A stretch of 63,938 nt of DNA, counting the filler, from Octopus bimaculoides (Eukaryota): NCBI RefSeq assembly GCF_001194135.2. It is 10 parts of 7 records of this genome, joined end to end, with 100 filler letters (N's around TTAATTAATTAA, not from the genome) between each part and the next. Parts side by side here need not be neighbours in the genome. Positions count along the whole stretch, not along the records: positions 1 to 11,588 come from NC_068989.1; positions 11,689 to 15,069 come from NC_069003.1; 8 more parts are not named here. One strand, written 5' to 3'. This document shows, piece after piece, positions 1 through 13,606 of the stretch (within the stretch, counting starts at the first letter, position 1; each line of letters opens with the position of its first letter). The notes below the pieces were generated by a model. The model saw only the letters and a list, made by a program, of their open reading frames with translations, made no database searches and was not told where the DNA came from. The position numbers were made by a program, and so were the translations under genes.

Positions 1-550
1 GATTGGAAATTACTGTGCAAATGATCAAAAAACGTCGCTAAGGAATCAAACCGGAAAGATGGAGAGTAAGAAGAATGAGTAATAAGAAGCATAATTTCGA
101 CGCAAAACATAAGATATACTATAGCGATTTTCACCATCAAACGCGAAAAGTTCCCATAAAAATAGTTAATATTGACATTAAGATATTTATAAAACAAGGA
201 AGACCAATTAAGTTCAGGCAACACAATACTGAAAGAAAGCGATAAGCATTTTACTGCATGGGCGAGAAACAATATTCTGTGGATTAAACAGAGCGGACGA
301 AAATCTCCTTGATATATGTGATATTAAATTGGAGATACGCCAGCAGACAGAGTAAATACTACTGGGCTTGATTGAATTGTTTTATAGCCAGGCAATTACT
401 TGTGCAATGTTTCCTACCTATAATTATGCAGTAATGAAAGGTTGTCACAAAGCGAGGTCTGTGGAATATCAGTTAGATGCATATGCCGTTTAACATAAAT
501 CAGCACCATCTATCTGTCTACCTTGCTGTCTCTATTTCTCTCTCAAATCA

Positions 551-646
551 TATACATACATACATACATACATATATATACATACATACATGCATACATA
601 TATGCATACATACATATATGCATACATACATACATACATACATACA

Positions 647-676
<30 letters not shown>
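551..676. repeat. (ATAC)n microsatellite
   Basis: Seen directly; one of many (ATAC/TATG)n, (TA)n and (CA)n tracts. Confidence 0.95.
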
Positions 677-677
<1 letters not shown>

Positions 678-1133
678 GTATGTATGTGTGTCCGCACGCG
701 TGTGTTTCTAGTAAGATAGATACATAGATATAGATATATATACATTATATATGTAGTATGATACATATATATGCACACACACGCATTATGATACATGCAT
801 ATATATATATATATATANNNNNNNNNNNNNNNNNNNNNNNNNNNNNNNNNNNNNNNNNNNNNNNNNNNNNNNNNNNNNNNNNNNNNNNNNNNNNNNNNNN
901 NNNNNNNNNNNNNNNNNNNNNNNNNNNNNNNNNNNNNNNNNNNNNNNNNNNNNNNNNNNNNNNNNNNNNNNNNNNNNNNNNNNNNNNNNNNNNNNNNNNN
1001 NNNNNNNNNNNNNNNNNNNNNNNNNNNNNNNNNNNNNNNNNNNNNNNNNNNNNNNNNNNNNNNNNNNNNNNNNNNNNNNNNNNNNNNNNNNNNNNNNNNN
1101 NNNNNNNNNNNNNNNNNNNNNNNNNNNNNNNNN

Positions 1134-1178
<45 letters not shown>

Positions 1179-1669
1179 CGTATACACACATTCAATGTGT
1201 ATACATGCACGTGTACATATATGTTTCTTTTTTATTATATATGACAGATGATGCAGAAGTCAGTGGTTGGGGCTTATCTAACAATAGAATTCAATAGATA
1301 CATATATTGCAAGTATAGAGACACATTAACTATTTGTGTGTGTGTTTGTGTGTATGTGCGCGTGTGTGTGTATACGTATGTGTCAATAAATATATATGAA
1401 AATATCCAGGACGTATTTTTGATGATATAGAGTTCATTTCTAAGACAATAAAATACCTACATATCTTTGGTGTTCTTGTTTTGGGTTTAGCTTTCTTCAG
1501 ATAAAGATTCCACATAGACCAAAAAAAAAAAACAGAATAAAAGAGACAATAAAATAAATTTATTCTTTGTTTCTGGAGAAGTATTAAAGAATTAATAAAT
1601 AAAAAAGAAAACAAATATGAAACAAACATAAAGTGTGTCAACTGTTTTCCAAAGTACCACTCCTTACAG

Positions 1670-2670
1670 AATGCGGTGAATAAACTGTCATCTAAATTAC
1701 GCAAAAATGAAAATAACACAGACATCTCGTTTTAACAGATATATTTACCAAAATTGCATAAAAATATCTCGAAATACTAAAAAGTAAATTCATTCAATGA
1801 AATCGCATTGGCTTCAACCACAACCTCCAGAAGACTTCGGAATCTCCTGCAACTCGTCCGGGTGGTCTCCTTGTTTAAGTTGATGAATGCTGCAATAATC
1901 CTTGCCTTCAGTTCATCTTTGTTGTAACAAGGAGTTTTGTTGGACTCTAGCTCAACGGCACCACACAGATGATATTCAGAGGATTGCACTCTGGGGAGTT
2001 AGATGGCTAGATGTTAGGGGTGATGTGGTCGCAGAGACTGTCCCACGTCCATGACTGGGTTCTCCTGCTTGAGTCCTGTTGCCAGACATAAGGTCTTCCA
2101 GCAGCCACCCTCTTGACTCACGGTAACACTACCTCCTCCGGGCACTTGATGTAGGCCTCCATATTGAGTCTGAGGCCGTGTGTGAAGATGAATGGAGGCA
2201 TAACGTCGCCATCACTAGTGATCACACCATGATGTTGACTGAATGCTTGATTTTTATCATTCGCGGTACATGTTCTCAGATTGCACTGTCCTCATATTGA
2301 CACTCAAACTCTCTGAAATGTTCGTATTGGAGCTTCCGGCGCGAATGCCAAGCAGTACAACATTTCATTTTCAAATTTCTGGCTGAGTGAATTGCGTCAT
2401 GGTGCAGTTTTTCTTACAGACGGTACCCAACTGACCCTACTATGCTATGTAGTCGACAAATCAAAAACAAATGATGCGCATGAGTGAAATTAAAAATACA
2501 ATATGGCGATAATTTACCTATCGCTCACTGTAGATATCATTGACTCCAGTTTAAAGAGTTAATGATATCTACGTTATGGAAAATATAATTTACAAACGTC
2601 ACTAATCTATTTCATAAGAGCATGATCATCACAAAACCTCATTTTACTCAGCTAATTTATTTTTAGTTTT
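1670..2670 (-). mobile_element. Degenerate, internally deleted Tc1/mariner-superfamily DNA transposon (maT/DD37D-like)
   Basis: Minus-strand translation, with stops and frameshifts, gives ITSDGDVMPPFIF..GLRLN.EAYIK...V..VAAGRPYVWQQDS...NSPECNPL...TPCYNKDELKARIIAAF..L...CRRFRSLLEVVVEANA (ORF 1777-1989 is the C-terminus). These are WQQD and SPD/ECNPL motifs of DD37D-type transposases. The helix-turn-helix N-terminus near 2400 is joined directly to the catalytic core. Ends are approximate. Confidence 0.75.
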
Positions 2671-4289
2671 GTTTGTAAGAAATTAAAAAGCCATATTTTA
2701 GCAATATGTATTAAGGAAAATATAGAGGATTAAAACTACACATTATTGCATTCGTTGAAATTATGAAGATTAAAAAAATAACATAACTTTTCGGCTTTCA
2801 GAACCAGCTTGATACAGTTACAAATATAAAGTCATCTTACTTTGGACTGATTTGTATTGGCTTTTGAGAGGTATGCGAAAGTGCTTTAACGGAAGTGTAA
2901 ATAATATAGTTTTAGATATATAGTAAACTTTTCTTTATGTACAGTTACTGGATTTTTTACTCCACATTTCAAAGAAAAAGAAACTGAGCGAGTATACCTG
3001 CAGCAAGAAAATATACATCGACCTAACAACTTACACTCCATTGTATTTCTCCAGCTTATCCTACGACATTTAAACCTTTCGTGCTAAGAGAAAATTATAG
3101 GAAGTCCTATCAAAGATTAACTTAAATGTATGTGTGTAGGGCAGGGCATTAAGAAGGCTATTATTTAAATGATAGCTAAATGATAGCAAGCTAGACACGA
3201 AACTACTGTATCTACAAATCGTGCATTTAAAGATTTTAGTCATTTTCTTCTATGATACTATAAAGGGATTTGAGCTCTTGGTAATAATTTCCGTAAGTAC
3301 TCTCATATATATATATATATGTGATATAATTTTAAGTTGCTCTCAACAATTAAGATGTGGAAGCTGATAGTGAAATGCTATCATGAGACACGCACTTATC
3401 ACTTGCTCTGGTTCCATGTTTAACTCCTATATTAACACTCACTATGATGTTAAATACAATTACTTCTGTGAGAGTTACAGAACTGTCACAGACACAGATG
3501 CAAAGTAAATTCAAAAAGTTTGTTTTTACAGATGTTTTAATATTTATTTACATAGACGAAGAAATGCACTAGACCGAAGAGATTGATGCTCATAGTGTTC
3601 CTCTTGTACATTTGCAAATTATCGCGTGTGAATAAGACAAAAGCATTGAGAGATTTCTAGCGGCCAATGTTCTGTAAAGGAAGGTCCGATCTAGTCATTA
3701 GCTTAGTGTAGTAGAAACTGGGGCTGGTTAAACACGACAGGAGTGGTGAGAGGTGGAGAGGAATGTGGGTCGTGAATGCCTAAGTGGAGGTGGAATGAGC
3801 AGAAGCCATTATTACGGTGGTAGAAAAGGCAGAGAGGGAAGGTAGTGCCTCTTTGAGCTACAGGCTGAAGTTTGTCTGTGAGTGACTTCCTGCTAATCAA
3901 TAGGGAAATTTAGTGTAGAGAAAAGAAAGAGGATAAAACTGAAATAAACTGATCATTGTGATTTATCGTATAGAGAATGAAATAAGAGAATGAGAGAAGA
4001 GGGAAAAATATAATAAAAACTGAGAGATATGATTATTTACTGCGTAGAAATGAGTGCGATATGGGTTTTTTTGCCTCAAAGTAATGTTTGCAAATAATGT
4101 AGACTATGAATAATGGAAACTCATCCGACAAACCACAAAGCAGATAGTGGGAGGAAAGAAAAGTATATGAAATGAAAAATAGATTTCGGGCGGAGAATGA
4201 GAAAAAAATAAATTGAAATAAATAAACTACTGTGACATACCGATAATGTAGAGACGGAGGGAAGAGACAGAACATAGTAAAAAGAGAAA

Positions 4290-4290
<1 letters not shown>

Positions 4291-4344
<54 letters not shown>

Positions 4345-4355
4345 GTTATTATTAT
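4291..4355. repeat. (ATT)n microsatellite
   Basis: Seen directly. Confidence 0.95.
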
Positions 4356-4996
4356 TGACACTTGAAGCGTACAGATATGCATTCATTGTGGTCCGATACT
4401 AAACTATATTTATAACATTACGAAATGAAATTTTCTTTAGTGCGTTTGCTAAAAAGGATTTTAATACTCTGCAGAAAGCTTGTTCTGGATAGCTAGAGGC
4501 AGGCAATCATAAAGTAAGTTTGTTTTTACAAGCATTTTAATACTTATTTACATGCACGACATTTTGACTTTCAAAATGGCCGCCAAACATGAATACGATA
4601 CACGACAAAACATTGCAACAGCTAACTAGGAAAATGCAAAAAACACAACTAAATAAACAAACTGAAAGAAATTGAACATTTTAATGAATGATTGATGAGG
4701 GAAAATGTTTCAGTGTCCCAGGTAGGTTTGGAGATAAAGAATGACAACAACAAAAACAATACCCCATGGAAGAATATAAAGCTAATACTGCTTTAGTTAC
4801 ACAAGAGAATAAGTATTTGGACTTTTAAAATTCAATACAATTCCAATTGACAGTAATTCGGGGGATTTTGCCAGACCGATCACTGTTTGCCGCAAGATCT
4901 AGTCAGGGAGAGAGAAGAGAGAGATTGAGAGAAAGAGTGAGTTTTAGAGAGAGAGGAAGAGAGAGAGGTGGAGATGAGAGAGGAAGGGACGGAGAT

Positions 4997-5045
<49 letters not shown>

Positions 5046-5185
5046 CAAAGCAAAAGGTGATAAATCTGTGCTTTAGAAAAGATGACCTGGAATGAATTTA
5101 GTATCCTAATAGGAATACAGAAAGCTCTTCAAAATATTTCGGAAGCAATCCTCTCCACCAAAAGAGGCTGAAATTCTTCACCACG

Positions 5186-5243
<58 letters not shown>
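5186..5243. repeat. (ACT)n microsatellite
   Basis: Seen directly; another tract is at about 24515-24580. Confidence 0.95.
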
Positions 5244-6374
5244 TTGTTATTACCATTACTGCTACTGGTTATTCGACGGCTACAACCACTCCTACAAAAA
5301 AAGTCTTGACCACTATTTAATATACAAAAACAGATAGTAGTAATCTACTATCACAGCGAGTTGGAATTACCATAGTTTCAGAAGGGAACGAAAGGACCAC
5401 ATGCATGAAATAACAGTAAACTATGAATGTCATTCTTAATTTTAATTTCANNNNNNNNNNNNNNNNNNNNNNNNNNNNNNNNNNNNNNNNNNNNNNNNNN
5501 NNNNNNNNNNNNNNNNNNNNNNNNNNNNNNNNNNNNNNNNNNNNNNNNNNNNNNNNNNNNNNNNNNNNNNNNNNNNNNNNNNNNNNNNNNNNNNNNNNNN
5601 NNNNNNNNNNNNNNNNNNNNNNNNNNNNNNNNNNNNNNNNNNNNNNNNNNNNNNNNNNNNNNNNNNNNNNNNNNNNNNNNNNNNNNNNNNNNNNNNNNNN
5701 NNNNNNNNNNNNNNNNNNNNNNNNNNNNNNNNNNNNNNNNNNNNNNNNNNNNNNNNNNNNNNNNNNNNNNNNNNNNNNNNNNNNNNNNNNNNNNNNNNNN
5801 NNNNNNNNNNNNNNNNNNNNNNNNNNNNNNNNNNNNNNNNNNNNNNNNNNNNNNNNNNNNNNNNNNNNNNNNNNNNNNNNNNNNNNNNNNNNNNNNNNNN
5901 NNNNNNNNNNNNNNNNNNNNNNNNNNNNNNNNNNNNNNNNNNNNNNNNNNNNNNNNNNNNNNNNNNNNNNNNNNNNNNNNNNNNNNNNNNNNNNNNNNNN
6001 ATATATATAACCATTTTTCTGCTACCGCTAGTCACTTGGTCATTATACTATTCTCTGTGACTTCATTCATTCAGAGAACCTTCTCGCAAGTATTGTAGCA
6101 AACGTTAAATAATATTCAATTTTCAGTGGTGTTAATTCAATACGAATTTTGGCAGGATGTGTCCTGAATGAAGTCCCCTACTTTAATATGTACATGTCTG
6201 AAATTTCAGCTTCTTCGTAATGAGTCTCTATATTTCCATGATCAGCTCATTGGTTTCCCTATTATGAAAATAACTATATAACTTAGATTAAAGTTGTAGG
6301 GAAACAACGTACTTGTGCTTGTGCCACCGCGTATGTATGTATGTATGTATGTATGTATGTATGTATGTATGTAG

Positions 6375-7200
6375 GCTTCGGTCAACATCCACAACTCCGC
6401 TCTCATTACCTCCATCCACTACAAACACACCGTCTCACACTCATACCTCAACTTCTCCTCCTCCCACCCTACCCACACCAAGCTCTCCATCCCCTACTCC
6501 CAGTTTCTCTGTCTGCGCATGCTCTGCAGTGATAACCATGACTTTGAGACTCAATCGCAACTCATGGCTCGCCACTTCATCCTTCGTGGATATCCCCTCA
6601 CCACTATCCATACTGCCCTTGCCGGAGCACTTCCGTGGACCGTGTCTCTGGTTTCTCTCCTCNNNNNNNNNNNNNNNNNNNNNNNNNNNNNNNNNNNNGT
6701 ACATCTTCCCCAACCTATCCCTTCCCTCCTTCAAATGAATCCACAACCTACGTGTTCTCCTGGTACACAGTTTCTTCCCTAACGCCTCTTTCGAACATGG
6801 CATGTTCCTCTTCTCCCGCCCAAGCTGTCGCGCTTGCCCCTACTTCTTCAACACCACCATCCTCACAGGCACCCATCATCGTCCCTATCATATCACTGAC
6901 TCCTTTACCTGCACTCCTAGCAACGTCATTTACTGCATCTCCTGCTCTTTCTGTCCTTCGAGACGACGCTTGGTTGACCGGTTCGCGAAGCACCTCCGAG
7001 AAATCAGATTCGGCAATGATACACCGGTCTCGCGCTATTTCCGCTCTACCGATCATTCATTACAATACCTGTCTGTGTTTGGATTGTCTTGCACAGGGGC
7101 CATCCGGACTATCGGCTTCTTCGTGAACGGGAATTGATCTTCTCTCTTTGCTCCTTTGCGCCATATGGGTTCAACTCTCCTCCTTTCCTCCCTCTTCCAT
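6375..7200 (+). mobile_element. Penelope-like retroelement, 3' part (RT thumb plus GIY-YIG endonuclease), degenerate
   Basis: The + frame reads TSIHYKHTVSHSYLNFSSSHPTHTKLSIPYSQFLCLRMLCSDNHDF...FILRGYP (PLE RT thumb). After the gap it reads CRACPY...YHITDSFTCTPSNVIYCISCSFCP..RRRLVDRFAKHLREI..GNDTPVSRYF..TDHS...ERELIFSL...PYGFN (PLE GIY-YIG domain). The YIGET segment is deleted at 6960/6961. Confidence 0.9.
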
Positions 7201-7261
7201 CTGACACACCACTCCGAACACACTAGCAGTGACCACTCCCTAACAACTACACCATCATCCA

Positions 7262-8040
7262 CAGAATATAGTAATTGCGAGTAAAAAGAGTTGCAGCAAA
7301 ATTTGTGCCTCGCTTGCTCACGGAGGATCAAAGATAGTCGAGACTGAATGTGTCTGGTGAACTAAAAGAACAGTTGGTAGTTGATATGGACCTTTTTTCG
7401 AAGGCCATCGTTGGTGCTACGGTTACGCCATGCAAGCAAAAAAGCAATCAAGTCAATGGAAGCATTCAATGTCACCACACCCCACAAAAGCACGTCAAGC
7501 GAAGTCCAAGACGATGTTGATTTGTGTCATCAACGCAAAAGGAATTGTTCACACAGGATTGGTTCCTCCTGGTGAAATTGTTAACCAGACATTTGACTTG
7601 GAAGTTGCGAAGCGTTTGCGAGATGCGGTGAGATGAAAACACCTGACCTGTGGAAAAGTGGAGAGTGATGGTTACATCACGACAATGCACCTGCGCACAC
7701 CATGTGAGATAGTTTTGGACTAAAAATGGCATGGCCTCGCTTGCCCACCCTCCCTATCTACCCGATCTTGCTGCCTGTGACTTTGTTCCCTCGAATGAAA
7801 AGGGTATTTAAAGGAAAACGTTTTGCAGATGTTGGATAGATGAAGAAAAACCGACAGAGACGTTAAAAGGCAACACTTTGCAAGAGTTCCAGGACTGCTT
7901 CAAACAGTGGAAAATGCATTTGGTCTGATGCATTGCTTCAAATGGAGAATACTTTGAAGGTGGTAAAAGTGTAAACATGTAAAACTAAGTGAATAAAATA
8001 ATATTGCAAAATTCCAGTTTCTCTTGGGTACCTCCTCGTA
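7262..8040 (+). mobile_element. Mariner (DD34D) transposon, 5'-truncated and degenerate
   Basis: Translation gives KRVAAKFVPRLLTEDQ...KQSSQWK..SPHPTKARQAKSKTMLICVINAKGIVH..VPPGEIVNQTF.LEV.KRLRDAVR...LHHDNAPAH...HPPYLPDLAACDF...FQDCFKQWK...EYFEG. It ends in the mariner terminus CCTCGTA (reverse complement of TACGAGG) at 8034-8040. Confidence 0.9.
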
Positions 8041-8169
8041 CACATATGATATGGCAAGGAGATGTAAGAAGATAAAAGTGTATAATATTTTATATATGTT
8101 ACAACATCTTTGTAATTGATATAGGAATATATTGTGGCTTATCCCCATTTTTGAACTTCAGTTTCCATC

Positions 8170-8290
8170 ATATTCCCGTGAAGATTTTTGGGGATTTTGA
8201 GAAAAATTTCCCTTCATCTAGCAAGTACAAGAAAATTTTCAATAGGCATACAGTCAAATTGGCCTACTCTACACTGCCTAGACTTGTATC
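8170..8290 (+). mobile_element. Second PLE ORF fragment (RT-endonuclease linker)
   Basis: KIFGDFEKNFPSSSKYKKIFNRHTVKLAYSTLP matches the PLE linker motif FP..H.L.KIFNR.T(V/I)K(V/L)SYSC.PN. Confidence 0.6.
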
Positions 8291-10949
8291 CACTACAGTA
8301 GCATTGAATGATACGAAATTAAATTATGTCTTGAGTACCATTGATGTCCTGTACCATTGTGACATTAATTATGTCTCGAAGCTTCTATAACACTTTAACA
8401 TATTCTCTAATGTAAACCCCTCAGTAGTCCAAATTTTGCTAGCAACCCTACAGACGGAGTCGTAAAATTTCTGGCAATCCTACTCTGACAAATATCGACA
8501 AAGCATGGTGTAACTGTAAAAATAAGTCTCAATGCCCGCTCAGTAACCAGTACCTTAGGCGGAATAATGCTTTGGACATAATGCACGTCTATATGTGTGC
8601 AGCGTCTACTCAATTTTAATTACGCTGGCATAACTAACTAAATACATTTAGAATTACAAAAAAGTAGCTATGTTTCATGTTGTCTACTAAATATGTAGGG
8701 CAAGTTCTAATTATTTATTGCAGTTTTTAATTTATAAATAATTTTACCTTAAGCTTTAAAAATATTAACAATTCGACAACTTTTCTACCTTTTATTCCAT
8801 TAATATTTAATTCATCAATTTGTCCTTCGGCCAATTTGTATTGCAAGAAATATGTTTTTTCTACGGAGATATCGTTCTGTGAATATATTTTAATTTACTT
8901 TCGAGGAGTAAATATTTCAATACATACGTTATCGACGAAAAAGCAAGTAGCGGTACTTGAGCTTAGGTAGTGCAAATCTACTTTATTTAATCGTGATATT
9001 GAATAACTGAGAACGCAAAACAATGGCTCCACAATATTATGTTTATGTAAATTAAATGAACGGGAAGGCAGGACTGCAGATATTCTATACAAAGAAAATA
9101 TAGAATACTTACCACAAATTACCTTTCAGAGTAGAACTAAAGACAGTTATTTTTTAGCTAAACAATATATAATACCAGGAGCAAGAGGTACATAAATTAG
9201 CCAGAAACAGACAATTTAGTACTTATTTATACACCAAGAAGAAATAATGCCTTAGAAACCTAGTGAAAACTACCTTCATATTCGATTTATGGGTTTGAAC
9301 CAGTGAATTTTCGATAAGTTCTCGTGTCATGATTAAAAGCGAATTCCAACATTTGGAGAATTTGCTTCTCGTCACACTGATTTGTTTTGTTTCATGAATT
9401 CTATTGTGATAATTTTTGCTAACTTTAAAATAATGTTATTTACCTCAGATTTTAATGTTTCCGTTTACCTTATTTACTAGTTTATTTTATTAACATCCTT
9501 ATGAACTAATAATAAGAAACACACTTATAAATCTCTTAAATAGGCACACATCAAACACCATAAAATAATTGTAGGCGGGTATGGCATCATTTAACCCTTT
9601 CTCAAAACCATTAATGTTAGTGAGAAGTGAATACCTTTTAAACGACAATATAAACACCACCTCTCATCGATTTTTCTTCCTACCGTCTTATATTTTGCAC
9701 AGCGACTGTGTCTCTCCACTCTAGAATGTTTATTATTTGATAAAGCATCTTTTAAAAATGATTTCCTTTGTTCCGTTCGTTTGGTTAATGTCTTAATTTT
9801 ACAATACATTAAAGCAGGTTAATGGAAGACAACCTCGGGTGCAAAAGAACACATGAGAATGAAATAACTTATGTGTAATCTGTTTCAACCAATTTATAAA
9901 ACTGTCAAGGAAGCACGTGTTATCTTCTTTTGAAACTTGTTTACTGATGGAATGCAAAGTCATATTTTCCTCAAAATAGAACAGATTACACAGTTATTCT
10001 TTGAATAACCTTGCAGAGTAATTTCAACTGAAAAAAAATCAATAGTTTATTTGCAAGTGCATTGCTGTTCTATTGTTTATTTCCTAGTTTTCTTAGTTTC
10101 TCTTAGCTTTGTGTTTTAGTATAATTTATGGAGTTAATTGATAACAAAGCGGTTGCGTTGCAACTGCACGTTCTCTGATTCTGAACTCTCAGGTGCCTAC
10201 ATATAAAATTGAACTGTATTTTAGCTCTGAGTATTTCTATCGAAATCTTGCCAGTGAATTTAATAGGAAAACGTTAGACATCCCCATACACAGACACACA
10301 AACACATACACACACACACATATATCAATGAAGTTGTATATAAAATATCAACTGAATAAAATAATTTAAGTAGACTGAATTATTATATTTGTTTAAAAGT
10401 GACTTCAAAGTTTCAACTTATATGCATAATCAAATTGTGTGGGTGTGGGGAGATAATTATGAAATATATGCATATATACGCGGGGTAGATGTAAAGAAGG
10501 GTGTAGAAGGACGGTGGTTTAATAAAAATAAAATATACGAGAAATACTATGGAAGCACAACCATCAGCTAATAAAATATGCAAAATTTAGCAGCGATATA
10601 AATATGCAAAGTTGATAACAAGCATTATTAAGAGATGGAAAACAAGAGATTGCTGGAGAGCTGGATGTGTTCTAATAGTTATACAAAGAAAAACCCAGAA
10701 TTTTAATAACGATGGTTATATATATATAAGTAATTAAAGTAGTAAGATTTTTTTATAGGTGACATGACTAATGTTGCCCTTATTACGAATACTTAAGTTC
10801 ATATTGGAATTAATAAAATAATTCGTTAAATTGTGTACTAATTTTGACTCATTGTTTTATAATTTATTATCAATAGGGTTTTTGGTATATATACCAACCG
10901 AATATGAGACATTTTTTTACAGTGTGTGATTTCATTAATAACATTTTTA

Positions 10950-10958
10950 TCTATCTAA

Positions 10959-10991
<33 letters not shown>

Positions 10992-11245
10992 GATCGATCT
11001 ATAATATAGAAGAAATAATTAAATAAAGTTATATATCTATCTATCAGTCTGTCTGTCTGTCTGCCTGCCTGCCTGCCTTCCTGCCTTCCTGCCTGTCTAT
11101 CTATCTATCTATCTATCTATCTATCGATCGATCTATAATATAGAAGAAATAATTAAATAAAGTTATATATCTATCTATCAGTCTGTCTGTCTGTCTGTCT
11201 GCCTGCCTGCCTTCCTGCCTTCCTGCCTTCCTGTCTGTCTATCTG

Positions 11246-11294
<49 letters not shown>

Positions 11295-11389
11295 TTATCT
11301 ATCTATCAGTCTGCCTGCCTTCCTGCCTTCCTGCCTTCCTGCCTTCCTGCCTTCCTGCCTTCCTGCCTGTCTATCTGTCTATCTATCTG

Positions 11390-11430
<41 letters not shown>

Positions 11431-11445
11431 TTATCTATCTATCAC
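10950..11445. repeat. Compound (TCTA)/(TCTG)/(CCTG)/(CCTTCCTG) satellite with a duplicated unit of about 135 bp
   Basis: CGATCGATCTATAATATAGAAGAAATAATTAAATAAAGTTATATATCTATCTATCAGTCTG occurs at about 10991 and about 11126. Confidence 0.9.
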
Positions 11446-11632
11446 TTGGACAGAGAGTGACGAAGGTGACAGTAAAGAATGTCCCTTCACAAGTGGAAAC
11501 ACAGTGGATAGTAGGTTCTATATGCCTCGAAATGGAGGAGGCAAATATATTAGAAATTGCTACTGCAGAGGAGAAAAACTGGGAAGGANNNNNNNNNNNN
11601 NNNNNNNNNNNNNNNNNNNNNNNNNNNNNNNN

Positions 11633-11644
11633 TTAATTAATTAA
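11633..11644. other. Assembly linker TTAATTAATTAA (nine copies, each in the middle of a 100-bp N gap)
   Basis: Found at 11633, 15114, 18675, 28091, 33693, 38941, 41987, 47353 and 62856, each flanked by 44 N on both sides. It contains stops in all six frames. Confidence 0.95.
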
Positions 11645-12483
11645 NNNNNNNNNNNNNNNNNNNNNNNNNNNNNNNNNNNNNNNNNNNNTGTAAATATATC
11701 TGTAGATGTATAGAAACAATTATATATGCATGAGAACGTATGTGCGTTTTTGTGCATAAAGGTTTTAATAGGTGATTTGATACCTGTCTGTTCCTAATTA
11801 ATGTAGAAAACATGTGGTATGTATTTATATAGCTGTGTATATGCACTGCTGTATGTATGCACGCGTATGTGTGTGTCTGTGTGCGTGTGTGTGTCTGTGT
11901 GCGTGTGTGTGTGTGATGCATGCAAACGTATAAGTGTATGTTTTGTGGTTGTGTCAAGTGTATGTTTTGTGGTTGTGTCAAGTGCATATTCATTTTCTTT
12001 TATTGTGTTGCTTTTTTCAATCAACGGACAGCGTCCATGCTGGAGCACCGTTGCCTACAATGTTTTTGCCGATCACATCGACTGGAAGTTGTGTCGATAG
12101 ATATTTGTCGAACCGGCTCCTTATAGCTTTTCTGAAACGACCTCGGTGTTTTAGACAAGCACGTATACATACGCGTGCGCGCAAATACACAAACACACAC
12201 ACACGCGCGTACACACACATGCACACATACACACATACACATATATTGTGAATGGAATTTGGTCTGCCAAATTCCATTCACAAGTAACGAGAGTGGAATT
12301 TGATAGACGGAAATCATAGACAAGGATTTGTGTATGTAGAATTCCTGTGTGCTTATGGGTAGGCGAGGAGTGTTTATATACACTCGTGTGTATGTGGTTG
12401 CTATATATATATATATATATATGTGTGTGTATATACATATATATGTGTGTGTGTGTGTGCATAAAATACATATACACACATAC

Positions 12484-12532
<49 letters not shown>

Positions 12533-13330
12533 CACATGTTTTCATGAGTATTTGTATGTATGTATGTATGTATGTATGTATGTATGTGTGTGTGTATGTA
12601 TGTATGTATGTATGTATGTATGTATATGTGTGTGTATGTATGTATATATGGCAGCCATCGTACATACGTCGGAATAAATATGTAACTATGCAGTACTGTT
12701 AGCTTCACCGCGACACCATGTATTGTTGGAGCGTTCATAATCAAGCGGCCATTCCCGTGGCTGTACGTATTTTTCATGTAGTGCGTGTATTGTTTACACA
12801 CACACACATAAATATCATCATCATCATCGTTTGACGACCATGTGTACATGAGTAGGGTGGTTGACAGGAGCCGGCCAGTTAGAAAATCTACCCAAGGCTA
12901 CTGTTTCTGTTTTGGCAAGGATTTTACGGCTGGATGCCCTTCCTAACACCAACCACTCTGTAGAGTGGATATGTGGCACTAGCATAGGCGAGGTCAGATT
13001 TGGCAATATTTTTACAACCGGATGCCCTTCAAGACGCCAACCACCTTGCAGTGTGGACTGGATGCTTTTAACGTGGCACCAGCACTGGCCGGGTAACCAA
13101 GTAACTCACAAGACAAGTAATTATGAGAGGCGCAAGCGGCATTTGAGGAGGAGAACTTGTGTCGGAGGATGAAAGGTTAGAGTGTGACAAAGAGGCGGAG
13201 AGACAGAAGCAGGTGTTTTGCCACAACAGAGGGTGCATTAGAGGAGGTGATCCAGTATCAAATGATGAAAGGTTAGAGAAATAGAGAGCCAGAAATAAGT
13301 GTCTTGTTATAGAGGAGATACGTGGTTACC

Positions 13331-13448
<118 letters not shown>

Positions 13449-13562
13449 TGGAGAGTGAGAGAGAGGGAGATGGAGAGTGAGAGAGAGGTACAGAAAGAGG
13501 CCAGAAGTGTGCTGATGTAAAGGTGATACTTGGTTACCTAGTCAGAGGAAAAACAAGAGAAG

Positions 13563-13606
<44 letters not shown>

